Of a stretch of 64,000 nucleotides of DNA, positions 40,201 to 53,588 are shown one piece after another. The notes beneath the pieces were generated by a model. That model saw only the letters and a program-made list of their open reading frames with translations, was not told the DNA's origin and ran no database searches. Every line of letters begins with the position of its first letter. The first letter of the stretch is position 1. Source of the DNA: Paraspadella gotoi (taxonomy: Eukaryota; Animalia; Chaetognatha); assembly GCA_051294375.1 (NCBI GenBank), contig CM119270.1, positions 2,030,486 to 2,094,485 of the forward strand, given 5' to 3'. The position numbers were made by a program, and so were the translations under genes.

Positions 40201-42047
40201 GGGAAGAAAGGGGAGACGGCAAGCAGGTTGAATAATAGGGATTAGAAGGAAGAGATAGGAGTAAGATAAGAGTACATAAAGTAAAGAGTAGAGAGGGTGA
40301 AAGCGTGTAGAAGGTTAAAATAAATTAATGAAGATGGAATGAATTATAGATAAAGAAAGGCAGTGAGGAGATAAAAAGGGAAAGTAAATAGGGGAGCAAT
40401 TGTAAGAAATAAAACGATAGAGGGCAATGTGAATAAGGTAATAGGAGTAAAATAGAAGGAATTAGAAAGTGAAATGAAGGACCAGAATAGAGTATTTGAT
40501 AAGGGCAAGTGGATAGAAGGTAAAGATGGAGTGATTGATAGTGGCGAGAAGAACGCTTGCATGTCCAAGTTGAAGTTAAATTTGACAAAAAAGTAGGCCG
40601 CAATAAACAATTACAACATTTACTAATTTTTATATCTGATCTTATAAAAGATGTAGCTTGTAGAAAAGATTGATAGGGAGCCTAACGATATTCCAGAGGT
40701 AATGGGGAAGGAGATAGGTGAAGGAAGGGGGCGAATGGAGAAAAATAGGAGATTGATTCTGTGCTGGGTAATAATGGAATAGTACGTTGTCAATATTTGG
40801 TCGTAAACATAAAAGTTTAAGGTGCGTCAGTCCGTCGTCTGTGTCGTGTTCGTCTCTCGTCGTCGTCCGTTCTCTGGTTCCGTTTTTATCCGGAAACTTT
40901 TGTTCTTTCCTCGATGTCGTTGTCGTTGTCGTCTTTGTCAGTTATGCGTAATTTTGGTCCTTCATGTCAAATAGTTTTTTTTTTTCCTACCTTATTGGGG
41001 ATGGTATTAATGGTGAAGACGACGACGACGACGACGAACGATTACGAACGACGACGGACGATAAGACGCGAAAAAGAGGCGATCGTTTTCCAAAACCGAA
41101 CCGGTCACCGCCTAAAGGAAGAGAGACGAATTCCTTTTAAATTATATTAATGACGTCAATAAATACGTCAACAAAGCGAATGACACGAACGAACGACGAC
41201 GACGACGACGGACGACACGTCATAAACGACGACGAAAACGACCTTGATGGTGAAAACAAGGGAAACGAATATGACGACGATGACGAACTGAAACAACAGC
41301 AAATGCTGGACTCTCTGTCGCTGGTGCTGTTGTGGATGAATGTTAACGAACGACAGACGGACGATGATGACGCGTTCGACGACGCGAGAACCGACGATGA
41401 CGACGGACGACGACGACGAACGACGAATCGATGATGATGATGATGATGATGATGATTATGATGATGACTGATGACGATGAATGATGATGATGATGATGAT
41501 GATGATGATAAAAATGGACAACAACGACGACGAAGATGAGACAGAAGATAAAGTATCCTTAAATAATAAATCCCGACGTATTTAAAAATATAATACTAAA
41601 AATAATCAATTGAAGATAACGGTTTTTTTCGTGAACTGATCGATTTTCCATGAAAAGGAATAAGACACGAGTTGACGACGACGAAGATGACTAGGACATC
41701 ATAAACCGACGAAGATGACAACGACGATGACGGCAATGACAAAACACGGCGATTGGGACAACAACGACGAAGCAAAGGATGACGACGATGACAACTCGGA
41801 CGACAATGATGATGACACGACACGGACGATGCTAAACTAGGACAATGACATCAACTATTACGAAAACAGACACTAAAAAGGTTAACGACCATTAAGCAAC
41901 AACAACGACGACAACACAAAAACCATAAGAGGCCAACCATTTCTTCGAGACTCGAGATGAAAAGGAATCCTGAAGAATTTGATTTCCTCGAGTCGTAAAA
42001 ACGCAGAGACGAGCGAGAGTGAGGAATTTCGGGTGAAAGAGGCAGGT

Positions 42048-42128
<81 letters not shown>

Positions 42129-42675
42129 AGTGATTCAGATGGGGAACGAAGGTGAATAGAGATTTTATTGCCGTGAAATTAGGTGAAGAAAGATGTGATT
42201 CCTTGATAGGAAGAGAGCGTTATGGATGAGATGTGATATAAACAAGAAGAGGATGTGACAGTTGACGGCTGAGAGATGAATGTAAAGTTGGAAGAAAAAT
42301 GGAAGATAGTCTTCATTCAATCTAAAAGGCAAAGGAGCGGAAATTAGAAAAAAAGACAAATGATAATTAAGATGTGGTGAATGTGACGAGAGAATTAAGA
42401 ATGAAAAATGAAGTAAAGTCACTCGGAATGAAAACATGATCGCTTCATCCCATGTGTTGCGCCGCAGTGACTTTATTTTAATGAGTATTTCCCTTTGATC
42501 ACATGACATGACATGACAGATAATGAACAGAACATGAGAAAAAATTATTCTAGCCCGTGTTATTTATGAACATGCGCTGCATCGAAATTCCGTCTTTAAT
42601 TTCTTATAGTTTTAGGATTTCTGAGGCACCGCTTAGCAGTCCCTTAGATTTGAGGTTTTTTAACTGTCTTAAGCA
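34386..42675 (+). repeat. Indel-rich tandem duplicate of 26104-34385 (probable assembly artefact)
   Basis: Collinear from GCATTTAAC(C)AAGCTGT to ACTGTCTTAA. It fills the three N gaps of copy 1 and quality is worst in the satellite. Confidence 0.9.
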
Positions 42676-42815
42676 AAAGAGCAACGCAACTATAGGCAAA
42701 AATTGCATTTTTAATGAATAGTGGGGACAGACGACAGACAGACATACCGACCCGACCGACAGACAAATCAGAAAACCGACCGAAAGTGACATCGAGTACG
42801 TCGCTGGCGCTTAAC
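42431..42815 (+). mobile_element. Family B (HINE-like) copy; truncated duplicate at 34142-34385
   Basis: ATGTGTTGCGCCG, CATGA repeats, TTTTAGGATTTCTGA core, GACA/GACC microsatellite and CGAGTACGTCGCTGGCGC end. Confidence 0.65.
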
Positions 42816-43204
42816 ATAAAACATATTACTTCAGCAAGATAGAAATATTGATATCCGACATTTCACCTAGATAGAATGAAGAGAGAGAAGAGAGAGAGGA
42901 GAGTAAGAGAGTATTGAGAGAGAGAAGAGAGTAGAGAGAGAGAGCTAGGAGAGAGAGAGTAGAGTAGTAAGAGAGAAGATGTCAGCAAGAGAGAGAGAGT
43001 CAGTCACAGCACCTGATAAATTTAAACCTTCGGTACAACGTCAATGTTGTTGTCCTGTCGGTCCGTCGTCGTACGCGATTTGGGCTAAAATTGCTCGCCA
43101 TTTTTTTTAACTGAATTGATGGAAGNNNNNNNNNNNNNNNNNNNNNNNNNGCAAAAGAGCAAACCGAACTTATCCCTCAAAAGAATATGGATTTTTGAAA
43201 AAAA

Positions 43205-43395
43205 TTATTTGATCATTAGCCGTCAAAACCGCGCAGGAGACGAACTTTGTGAAGAAGGGTCCGCGCAAGTTAAAAAAAATGTCCAGTGCGAACGAGTTCG
43301 AGTTTGCTTGAATTCTGAACCTGAAATTGTACAAAGTGGCAACGAGATGAAAAGCGACATTCGACGGAAAAGAACATAAAGGTCGGATTTGACTG
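43205..43395 (+). CDS. Possible C-terminal half of a CUB domain preceding the protease
   Basis: RVCLNSEPEIVQSGNEMK followed in a shifted frame by ATFDGKEHK..GF resembles the CUB pattern C...p..i.Sgn.m.v.F....GF. Confidence 0.35.
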
Positions 43396-43484
43396 ATTGA
43401 TTAATCATATCATTATAATACGCTAATAATTGATATTGCGTTCATTAAAGTCTCTGTAATCTTATTTCTCTACGTTTATTTAAG

Positions 43485-44610
43485 GCCTGGGGACTGCCTC
43501 TGTCTTAAAAGCGTTCGACCGGCAGCCGAGTGCATGCAAGCCGGATTCGGCGACAACACAAGCGAGCGTCGACGATGCTGGGACGCAGCCGACGTCTACA
43601 TGGCTGGGGAAGATCACTAACGGGCCTTCGTATTCCACATCGCAGCTTGGTTAAAACCAAATTCCGCATTTCTTTTGAAAATAGATCGGAGTTTCGGTAT
43701 GGCATATTAAGCGACCTCGAATAAGCGCGAGAAAAGAGAAGAAATAATGATGGTTGAGCAATTTAGAGAAAATTATTATTAACAAAAATTATGAATAAAA
43801 AATCAAATCAAATTTTTTGTTTTTGTTTTTGTCACAAAACCAACCTGAGTGCATTAATATCAATTATTATTAATAAGCAAATGATTCGCAGAGAGAATAC
43901 CGTAAACGGAACGATACGTTCTAGACAGCGGTTTGCGGTAGGCGAAAAAAGAAAGATGCGCGACACAACAACTGTTGAATTTTAAGAAAGGCGAAAACGG
44001 GTAAGTATTAATTTTGAAAATAAATCATATTGAGAAGTAATAAAAAGTTATAGAAGTTTCAACTTATGCGCACTGGAAAATCGCAGAAGCGAGCTCATTT
44101 TTAAATCTGTATTTGGTTAAGCGCTTGCAATGGGAGGAATAGGAAAGCGGAAAGCGGGATGGACGCTAACCGCGTTCAGACAATGCCTGTAACCAATATA
44201 AGCCTAACAGGGGAATGTTCTTCCGGGAAAAATGCGAACGATCATTCAAACTCATTGGTAAATGACCCTTTATTGTCAACGAATTCTAGCACCAATGAAT
44301 GAAAGAAGTTTCTTCGACAATAAATAATTCTTGTTAATTGTATAAATATTGCTCCAGGGGAACTTCTTGCTGCGACATCACTGCGTAACCAGGGCGCCGT
44401 TGTCGCCGAGCCTTGAGCAATGGGAAGTTGCAAAACCCCCGATGATGTGCGAGTTGTGCTCGGCGGCGATTCGGGCGGCGAACTTTTGTGCCTAAAAACA
44501 TAGGACGAACCATTACTTTTGGAACAAACTGGGCGCATTCCAAATGCGCTCGTAGAGGCGAGGAGAGGTTGCTTCACGTCTGGCCACAGAAGCAGTTTTA
44601 GAGTACGGAC
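43485..44610 (+). CDS. Trypsin-like (S1) serine protease domain exons, frameshifted
   Basis: Collinear motifs read across indels: acceptor TTTAAG then PW.ASV; ACAG-like; MLTAA(H)C-like near 43574; AGW at 44154; acceptor CTCCAG near 44357; MMC; in-frame GGDSGGELLC with GDSGG at 44465-44479; downstream GC. Confidence 0.55.
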
Positions 44611-44619
44611 CAATCACGA

Positions 44620-45200
44620 TCGTGTACAAATTGCAAAAAAGTTAATCTCCTGATATCAGCTGGCTCTTTAATCTCCGCTTTCGCTATAGCACTTATTCTA
44701 GACAAGTAAACCAACGCTGTTTTTTCGTTAATTGGTTTGAGGCACCAACTGATAAAAGCACCTTTTACAATTTCCAGAACAACGTGGGAGATGCGAAAAC
44801 AAGAAGTTGGGCGCAGAGCGCAGTTGCGCAGCAGACGAAGTTATGAACATTTTGGTGCCTCGACGGGGACCGGGATGCCAGTATGAAAAGTATTAAACGA
44901 AATGCAACGATGGGAAAAAGTCAAAGGGAAAGAGCACTCGTAAACCAGCGCCGTGAGCACACTGAAAACCATGAAACTATGCGACGGTAGTAGAAAGGCG
45001 TAACAACATTATTAACAATGATATTCGTTTAAACGTTAACGGTTAAGGTCGTCGAAACGAACGCGACCAAACACTATTTTTGGAAGCGTGTTCAAGACTG
45101 GGTCAAATGAACTTCGCGTACAGGAAGTCAGTCGAATTCACCATGTTTAGAATCCGTGGCCTTCCGCTTACGCCAGATGCCAGAAATTCAGGAGTAGTGA
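44620..45200 (+). CDS. CUB domain exon(s) following the protease domain, frameshifted
   Basis: Pieces in CUB order: C....AGSLIS, STYS..NQRCF, WFEAPTDK...FQ, SCAADEV..LDGDRDAS, KLCDG, FKTGSNELRVQ, RG(F)RLR. Confidence 0.55.
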
Positions 45201-48200
45201 GAATTAATCAATGAATAAAAATTTTTTTTATTAACCGCCACGAGATTTTAAACGATCGATGATGACTCCAATGTAACGGTACGGCTCCTTATTCCGCACA
45301 AGCGAAACTAACGAATGAAACTCGCAGAAAAACTCGCGAAAGAGAAGCAAGGACCTATCGCGAGTTCGCTTGTCGTGAATGAAATACCTTCCTCGGCATA
45401 CAACCAGATGGAACTCACACGACCATGCGACTCTTCCAAGCTCACGGTCACCTGCACACATTTGCTGCTCCGGACTGTTCGCAAGCTGTTCTGCTGTGCA
45501 CTAGACGCTTACATCCCAATAAAAATTCGCGAAAATTGTAAATAATACTAGTAAATTTTGAATGTAAAATATTTCATTCAATATTCGCCTATAAAATTAC
45601 GGGATTTTGTCAAAGATTGTTTTATGACATCGAAACTTATAAAGGTAAATAATATATCATATATAGTTTTGATTAATGAAATGCCATTATGCTTATTTTT
45701 AGCATTCGCCGAACCGGATTTTGTGGCGGTCGGTTATTATAGAGACCATGACGCGGCGAAGCTGGTTTAGGCTCTATAATGTTTTAAGATTGCTCTTTGT
45801 GACGTAGTCGTCCGTCGTCGCTCGTCGTCACGGCTGTTTTAAAATATAAAACTACTTAAAACGCTTTTATAAGGTTAAGGAGCTAAAATGACTTACGTTC
45901 TTGTTTTTAATAAAAATTAATTTGAAATAATAACTTAAATAGCAAGTTTTAAGCAAAAGTGTGGGCGAATCATAGTAAGTTAAAGAATTCTAAGATCATA
46001 GCATTCTTCATCTTGAAATAGCTATTGATGAATTTTCATTATTACATTTGGATTTAAAGTATTTTTGTTTGAAATTTCCACTTCATTATGATTTACTCCA
46101 ATATGCAAATAAGATTAATAGTACTCATTATAAATTATCCAAAATTTAAGAAATAGTAATAAAATGCTTTAAATGCTAATTTACATATTGCAGTATATAA
46201 TAATTGAAGATGAAAGTCAAAAATTTTTTTTTAAATCTGATAATAATAATACATAATAATAATAATCGCGTCAAACGGAAAACTTTTTAAAATGACGAAG
46301 CTATAATGCTTAATTTTAAATACAATAAAAAATGAAATACTTTTACAAAGCTAGCGGATTGAAAAAAATTGTGAAAAATTTCGCAAATTGTAAAAACGCA
46401 TTGTAGACATTTTTTGGCTTTTCTTTTATTTATTATTTTAAATCTATAACATATATTTTTTTAGAGCGCTGCTTATTTCTGAATCAGGGTGCTCTCATCT
46501 GTGTTGCGTCTGTCCTCTCGTCTCTCTAACGATCTCATGCCGTGATCGTTCAAATTTTTTGAAAAAGTTTGTTATTTTTTTCTTGTCTTAAAAAATATAT
46601 AAATTTGAATCAGGCGCTGCCTTTCCTGAATTGGGGGCCGTTTAAAAACGAAAGTTCAGGCTCTCGTCTCTTGCTCCCGTCTCGCCTCCGTTTCGCCATC
46701 TCTACTCTTTTTTTTAATAAAAAAAAAAAATTATTCACTTTTTTTTTTACCACCGTGCACACAGGCGACGAGTAAACGAGTTACCGGCTACTCTGTCTGC
46801 TTTCTCTCGGTCGTTCGGGCGCGTCGCTTCTCCTCATCTCTCCTCATCGTCTCCTCTCTATGCTTTTTTTTCTTTTCAGCCACGCGTGCACTGAGGACCG
46901 ACAGAGTAAAACGGAGTTCGCGACTCTGCAGACATTTCTCTGCTTGCGTGATCGTTTTTTTGAAAATTCTGAATTATGTTTTTCCTTCTAAAAACTTTTA
47001 TTATCGTTATTCTATTCGGGGGCTTTTCTCTCAATAACAAAATCCGCAAATTCTATAATCCCGAGAATTTTCGTAGGATACATTTTCTAAAAAAAGTGAA
47101 GAATAACATTATAATGATATGGGCAGTCTTGTCACATGTAAAGTCAGCTAATGTGGACCTATTATATATGCAACACTTTCGGCCGAAAATATAGTATAAT
47201 TGGCATGCATCACATTTAAAAATAAAAAAAATTGTTTTATTATATTATTGTAAACTTTGGACCCGGTTTGGCGCCACTATTGGCAAATTATATCTAAAAT
47301 AAGGAGTTGTATAGAAAGATATAAATCAACATTAAACATTACTGTTTTTTGTCATATCTGATAATTCTTGTAACTCAATTATTAATTTATAAATATTTTA
47401 GTGTATATAATTGTAGAACAAAGTTGGTGAGAAGAGAGAGTTAACGAACGAGATTTGGTTTAATTTTCATGATAAACGGACATGGTTTTGACTTACATAC
47501 AAGTCTTCTTCCAAGCGCCAATGTCATTTGTCGAATTGAAAGAGAAAATTTTGTGCATAAAGAAAGAGAGAGAGAGCAGAGGAGACAGAGGCAAAAATTT
47601 CAAACGACACGAGTTTTGAGAGAAGGAATAGTGTATCAGTTTTTTAAAATTAGGGAACAGGTGAGGGTGAGGACAGAGATAGTTTGTGAAAAGAAATTGA
47701 AAATTGGAGAGAGAGAGAGAGAGAAAGAGAGACAGTGGCTGTGAAAATATAATCAGCATTATGAAATGTAGCAGAGCAATATTAAAAGTTTGTAAACTTC
47801 TAATAATGACATAAATATGCAAAATAGCTAGAGCCTACAAGTAAGAAATTTAGTGAGAATGAAATAGAAGTTCAGAAATGTAAAATGATTTATTGTTAGA
47901 TGAGGGAATAGCTAAAGTAAATTAGGAAAAGGGAAATTTTTAAGTAATAAGAAAGAGCTCAAATGAGCTTTGTTCTAAACCAAAATCACAAACGGAAACA
48001 GAAAAGGAAAAAAAAGCAGTATATATATTAGTAATAATTTTTATCTTCTTTTTTAATTAATAATTATTTGAGTTGATGAAAACTATTTAATCAAAATTAA
48101 TTAAAATATGCAAATAATACCAAATTTGACCTCGTCCTGGATTTCTTCCTAAAAAAAAAACACAATGCAAAAATATTATTCAAGATTAAAATTCTTTAAA

Positions 48201-48419
48201 TAAGGGAAATAAAATTTCCGGTGCTTATTTTTTTCTGGCAATACAAAATCCCAATTTAACATTCAACGATTTTCGTGGATTTTTTTTCTAAAAATTCTGA
48301 TTAATGTCTTTATATAAACGAGAAGAGACCTAATAATCGCGTTGTCGTTGGCGGAAAAACATGTCCAGGCCTCTCTCTCTCTTTCACTCATGACACTGCA
48401 TTTGTTTGTTTATTTAGCC

Positions 48420-48690
48420 GATGAAATGATTCATCGAGCGTCAATGAATGACTATGCAATTTCGGCATCAATGAATTTGACTATATGCGTAGCAAATGAA
48501 TGATTATCATCATATCAATGAATGACTATCATCGGCATCAATCATTTGATTATCATCATATCAGTGCATTTGTTATCATGCGGCATCAATTAATTGGTTA
48601 TCAAATGCGCGTCAAATTAATTTAGTATATACATCGGCATCAATAATTGGTTATCAGTACGCAGATTGCAAATATTTCGGTTACGCATCA
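48420..48690. repeat. ~22-bp minisatellite (ATCGGCATCAATGAATGATTATC-like)
   Basis: About ten degenerate tandem copies of CGGCATCAAT..AT(T)GA.TAT. Confidence 0.75.
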
Positions 48691-50271
48691 AAGCTGGCTG
48701 CGATCCTTATGCTTTTAAAGATTTTTGCCCGCAAGCCTTTTTATGATCTTGTTACAGCAAAAAAAGAGTTAAAAGAAGGGAAAAAAAAAGTGTATTACTA
48801 CCCCTAAACGCCTAAACTACCCGCTAAACCCAATTCATTTAACCAGTCGGATTAAAAGAAATATGATATAAAATAATAAAATAAATTAAATATAATACGA
48901 AATATGCAAAAATATATTTTATTCACATTTGGACAAATTAATGGCAGAATTTCAACGGCACGCGTCGACCAGAAAGGCACGAGGCGACGACTGGCGGCGA
49001 AAAACAGAGATAACACGCACGATTGGTGAGACGTCGGCAGGGACCCGCAGTAGAAACAGCGGGAGCAACAGAGGCAGCTGTGAGGGTTTTTTTCAGTTGA
49101 TTTCTATTAGTTACGAAGAGATTCGATCAAGATATTGTATACGATTTAAAGTTTAAGGTTTAGAGAAAATAGTTTGAATTTGGTGGCAAACTTTTTTCTC
49201 TAAATCTCAATGCACAACGAAAAAGAAAGGAAAATAACATGATATTTAAGGTTAAATATTTTACTTTTTAAAAAAGGTAGACGACGAAAACGACGACGAA
49301 AACGACGACGACATAAAAAGATGGCGCTCAAAAAGAAACAAAACGAAAGAACATCAAAACTTGAAAAAAAAATGGTTGTCAAATATAATCAAAAGTGAGA
49401 TCAGCGTCGAGTCAACTTTAGAAACGGAAGTGAACGAAAGTAAAGACGAGAAGATGACAAAAAGATGACAAAAAGATGACAAAAAGATGAAGGAACGTTG
49501 ACAAAAAAACCGACTCTATGATGGCGAAAAGATGCCCATTTTTTTTTCCAAAAGCCCCCTATTTCAGCATAAATTCAGATTTAAGTTATTTTCTACGTTT
49601 AAAGATAAGATTAGGGGTTATGGATATTAAAAGGTTAAAGTTTGCGATTAGGTTAAAGTTTGGATAGAGATTAGAAATATGGATCAGAATATTGTGAGTG
49701 GGATAAGGTTAGAGATTAAGGGGTCATGAATTACAGTTGTGGGTTAGAGATTAGGTTATGGCTCGGAATAATTAGAGATTAAGTTTATCATTAGGTTAAA
49801 TATTTAGATTATATATTAAGATTAAAATAAAGTTTGTATTTGACGTGATATAGGTAAGTCTTTTAGTTCAACGAAATGTTTTTAGAAGTATGTTTAAATT
49901 AAAATATAATATCAAATTTAAATATCAAATCATGATAGATTATAATACAGCTAAATAAAAAAACTTATCAGGAATTCAGGAGACTAGAAATAAGGGCGCT
50001 ATCAGAAAATAGTGCCGAAAAAATTAACAAACTTTAAAGAATATGATAAACTTGGACAAACAATTGACAAATGAATGACAAACGTTGACCAAGAGATGAC
50101 ATAGAGATGACATAGAGATGACAAGAGAGGAGAGAGACTCGTCAAAGGACGGCGCACCGCGAAAAGCGAATGTCCTCCTTTGTTGCTGATCCGCCCAATT
50201 TCGACGCCCGTCACTAAAAAAAAGAAATCGAGGTCGAAGCCTAGAGATGAGAGAGAGAGACGACGAGAGAG

Positions 50272-50307
<36 letters not shown>

Positions 50308-50843
50308 AGAGAAGGATAAAAGATCCAAGCAACAAGATGGGATCACATTGAAAAGAAAATGAAGATGTGAGATCAGATGAGTTAAAGAGAAAGAAAAAAA
50401 ATGTAAATGAGAAAAAATAATTATCTAAATCTATTACATTAATTTTATCCTATTAAAAAAGAAAGAATATTAGACCACTTCAGATAGGGAAGCCAGATTC
50501 TCTAGTAGTTTATAGACTCGATTGTGAGAAAGTCTTGATTGAAAGTTTGCAGGGCCTTGCTATGTTATTATCATGCATTATTAAATAGTATTATCTTATT
50601 GAATGATTGGATAAAATCTTGTACTTGTATTATACTTATATTTAAATTGATATCTAAATAGACTTGACCAGATACACCAGAGTATTATAAAAGTATCCTT
50701 CGATGAAAATATGCAAATAAGTTTTATAGATTTTAGAGAGAGAGAGAGAGANNNNNNNNNNNNNNNNNNNNNNNNNCAAAATAAGAGACAATCGCAGAGA
50801 CCTAAAGCATACATCAGGGACGGATTTAGAGAAGAGAAGAGAG

Positions 50844-50875
<32 letters not shown>

Positions 50876-53378
50876 ACGGAGAATGGATCCACTGAAAATT
50901 CGCGGATAAAGATTTTGACGACAGAAAAAAGACATCGAGATTTCCTTAGGATTTCTTGTGAGGAATTTTTGGTCACTCCTCAGATTTCGGGGAGATTTTC
51001 ATTCATTTTTTCACTTTTTTGTTTTTCTTTCATCAATCTGTGTGTCTATCGATCACACAACCACTTCACTCGGTTTTCTATGTAGGGAATATGGTATTGA
51101 GTGTGGATACGTAAATATTTAAACTAATTTTTTAAAAGAGAAATCGAAGTTTATTCGTTTTACAAAACAACAGTGGCGGTTTTTAATTCCTAAACAAAGG
51201 ACAATTTTCGAATCTTTTTCGAGGGCGACATCAGTTGTCCGTTATACTTTCTTTTTACCCGTGTTTTAAACAAACTTTTTTCCCTACAAAAACGCACCGA
51301 AAGAAAAACTTAACACAAACCTCACGTTTGTAAAATTTCTCTAATATTTTAAATTTTTTTAAAACATTCTCACTTTTAAATTTATTTCTTCTTCCAAAAT
51401 CTGATTTCTATTCTAATATCTGATATTTAATGATTTTTATTCTACATATCACCCCTGGAGATTAAAGGGTCCGGCACGAACTCAGTGAGAAAAGAAATCA
51501 GAATGGTCAGTGAAATTTGGTCGACAGGCATCCTGGTTATTGCGCTCATGAATGAAAGCAAACTATTTTTTAACTATCTTCTCTCTCTCTCTCTCTCTCT
51601 CTGAGGAAACATAGACTTATATTATTGTATTAAACTGGAATCATTTAAACTTTATGTCCAAATCTTGAAAAATACGTTTCTGATATATACTTAAATAATA
51701 TAGAAAAACTAAAGCATATCATTGAGTCGGATAGAGAGAGTGTGTTAAACGGTTAAAAAAGGAACGGGATCTATGTTGTAAATACTGAAATGTTAAAACT
51801 ATGATTATTAATTAGTCCACTTTGTATTCTTTTTGTTTTTGTTAATTTATTTACATTTCCTTAAAATGTGTAACATACCATGTATATTACGCCTCATAAC
51901 TGTTACATTGTTACTGTGTTAAACATTCGACATTTGAGCATAATAAATCAAATCAAAATCAATCTCTCATTCTCGTCTCTCTTCTTCGCTGCCTTCATTC
52001 CCTCTCTCTCCCTCTCTTTCCCTCCTCTCTCTCTTCTTCTATCTTTCTCTCTCTCCTCGTCTACTTCATTACTCTCTCTCTGCCTCTCATACTCTCTTCC
52101 CTCTTCTCCCTCTCCTCTCACCTCTTTCTCATCTACTCTCTCTCTCTCATCCAAATTCCTCCCTTTAATCTCTCTCCCTCTCTCTTCTGTCTCTTCTATC
52201 TATCTCTCATCTGTATCTATCTCTCTTTCTCTCCTTGCCTTCTCATTCCTCTCATCTCCCTCTCTCCCTCTCTTTTCTCTCTATCTATCTCTCTCTCTCT
52301 ATCTACTCTCTCTCTCTGCCTCTCATTCTTCTCTTCTCCTTTCCCTCCTTCCTATATTCCAATTAGCTTCTCGAAAACGGCATAACACAAAAACCCAGCG
52401 GGCGAGTTATCACGCCTAACGAATTGACGACACAGTTAGCGTCTTTAATTAATTAATACATTTAAATTATTTTTGTTCAACCAAACAATCCTTAAACCAA
52501 TGGCCTAGCGATGAACATGTAAATGCTAATGTATACAGTGATTAAAACTAATCTATCATGACATTAGATTATGGTATTAAAAGTAAATTTTGTCTAAAAT
52601 TCTTTCCTCCTGAGGGTAATAGCCTAATTAAAATTTCATATATTCATATACTAGAGAATTTTTTTTTTTAATCTAAAAATTTTGCTGAATGGATCTGAAT
52701 AGAGCATAAAAAGCTTAAACAAGAAATAATTACAGCTTTTAAATTTTTTTATATTCTTCTTAAGTGAAAATATTTAAAAAATAATATATAAATCGAAAAA
52801 TGATGAAGAAAATATTACTTGACATGGAGTGACGGCTACCCCCTAATTATCGGGGCAGTGCTCTCCTACTATAAAATTGCGTACACAGTCTCAAAATATT
52901 ATATTCATTAATTAACAAGTTTTTCGCTGTCTGAATTTGCAACAGGCTCTTGAATAAAAAGATGTCATTTGACCTTATTTTCAACAAAATTTTAAATTGG
53001 TATTCATTATTGTTTTTAATCTGAAAATAAGTTTAAGAATTATTATAGATATAGGTTTGAATTAAGCTTGGGATTAGTTGGTGATTACGGATAGGGAATA
53101 TGATTTGATCATATGGTTTAGAGTTAAAGTTAATGGGATATTTTTTTGGCTTTAGGGTTAGAGATAAGTGTTAACGGTTTAACGCGGAGGAAATGAGTTA
53201 CTGCGTTTTTATATATCATTCCTCGATGTAATATTTGAGTTATATTCAGGGATTAAGCGAAACAGAAAGGCGCGCTTTTGGAAAAAAGAGAGCCAATAAT
53301 TTTTATTCTCATCTTATTTTTTATATTAATTTTGTTATCAAGTTCTAATATTCCTATGTCTTTCTTAAACTTCCCAGT

Positions 53379-53588
53379 CTTGCGGAGGAACACGAAAAAG
53401 TTAAAGAAGACGAAGAGAAGTTTGAAGAAAAAAAAGAAGAAATAAAAAAACAAGAATAGAAATCTCGAGTCTGGAAAAAAAGGAATTCAGCTGACTCAAA
53501 CAAAGAAAACTGCTTTATGGAACGACGTCCGGGTCAGAATTGTTCTTCTGTTCTTATCACAGAAGGATCTGTTTGTTTGTTGATTCCA
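53379..53588 (+). CDS. Possible exon (CUB N-terminal-like)
   Basis: Polypyrimidine TTCCCAG acceptor and GTAAGA donor; starts SCGGT and contains RIVLLF; the middle is low-complexity and noisy. Confidence 0.3.

Noticed and set aside
44242-44613. 123-aa minus-strand ORF
   Set aside because: Antisense shadow of the plus-strand exon carrying GDSGG.
44778-45030. SUEL/rhamnose-binding lectin domain (CENKKL..SC..DEV.NI)
   Set aside because: The same residues fit a CUB domain whose N- and C-terminal motifs flank them in order; CUB is preferred, but an HMM is needed.
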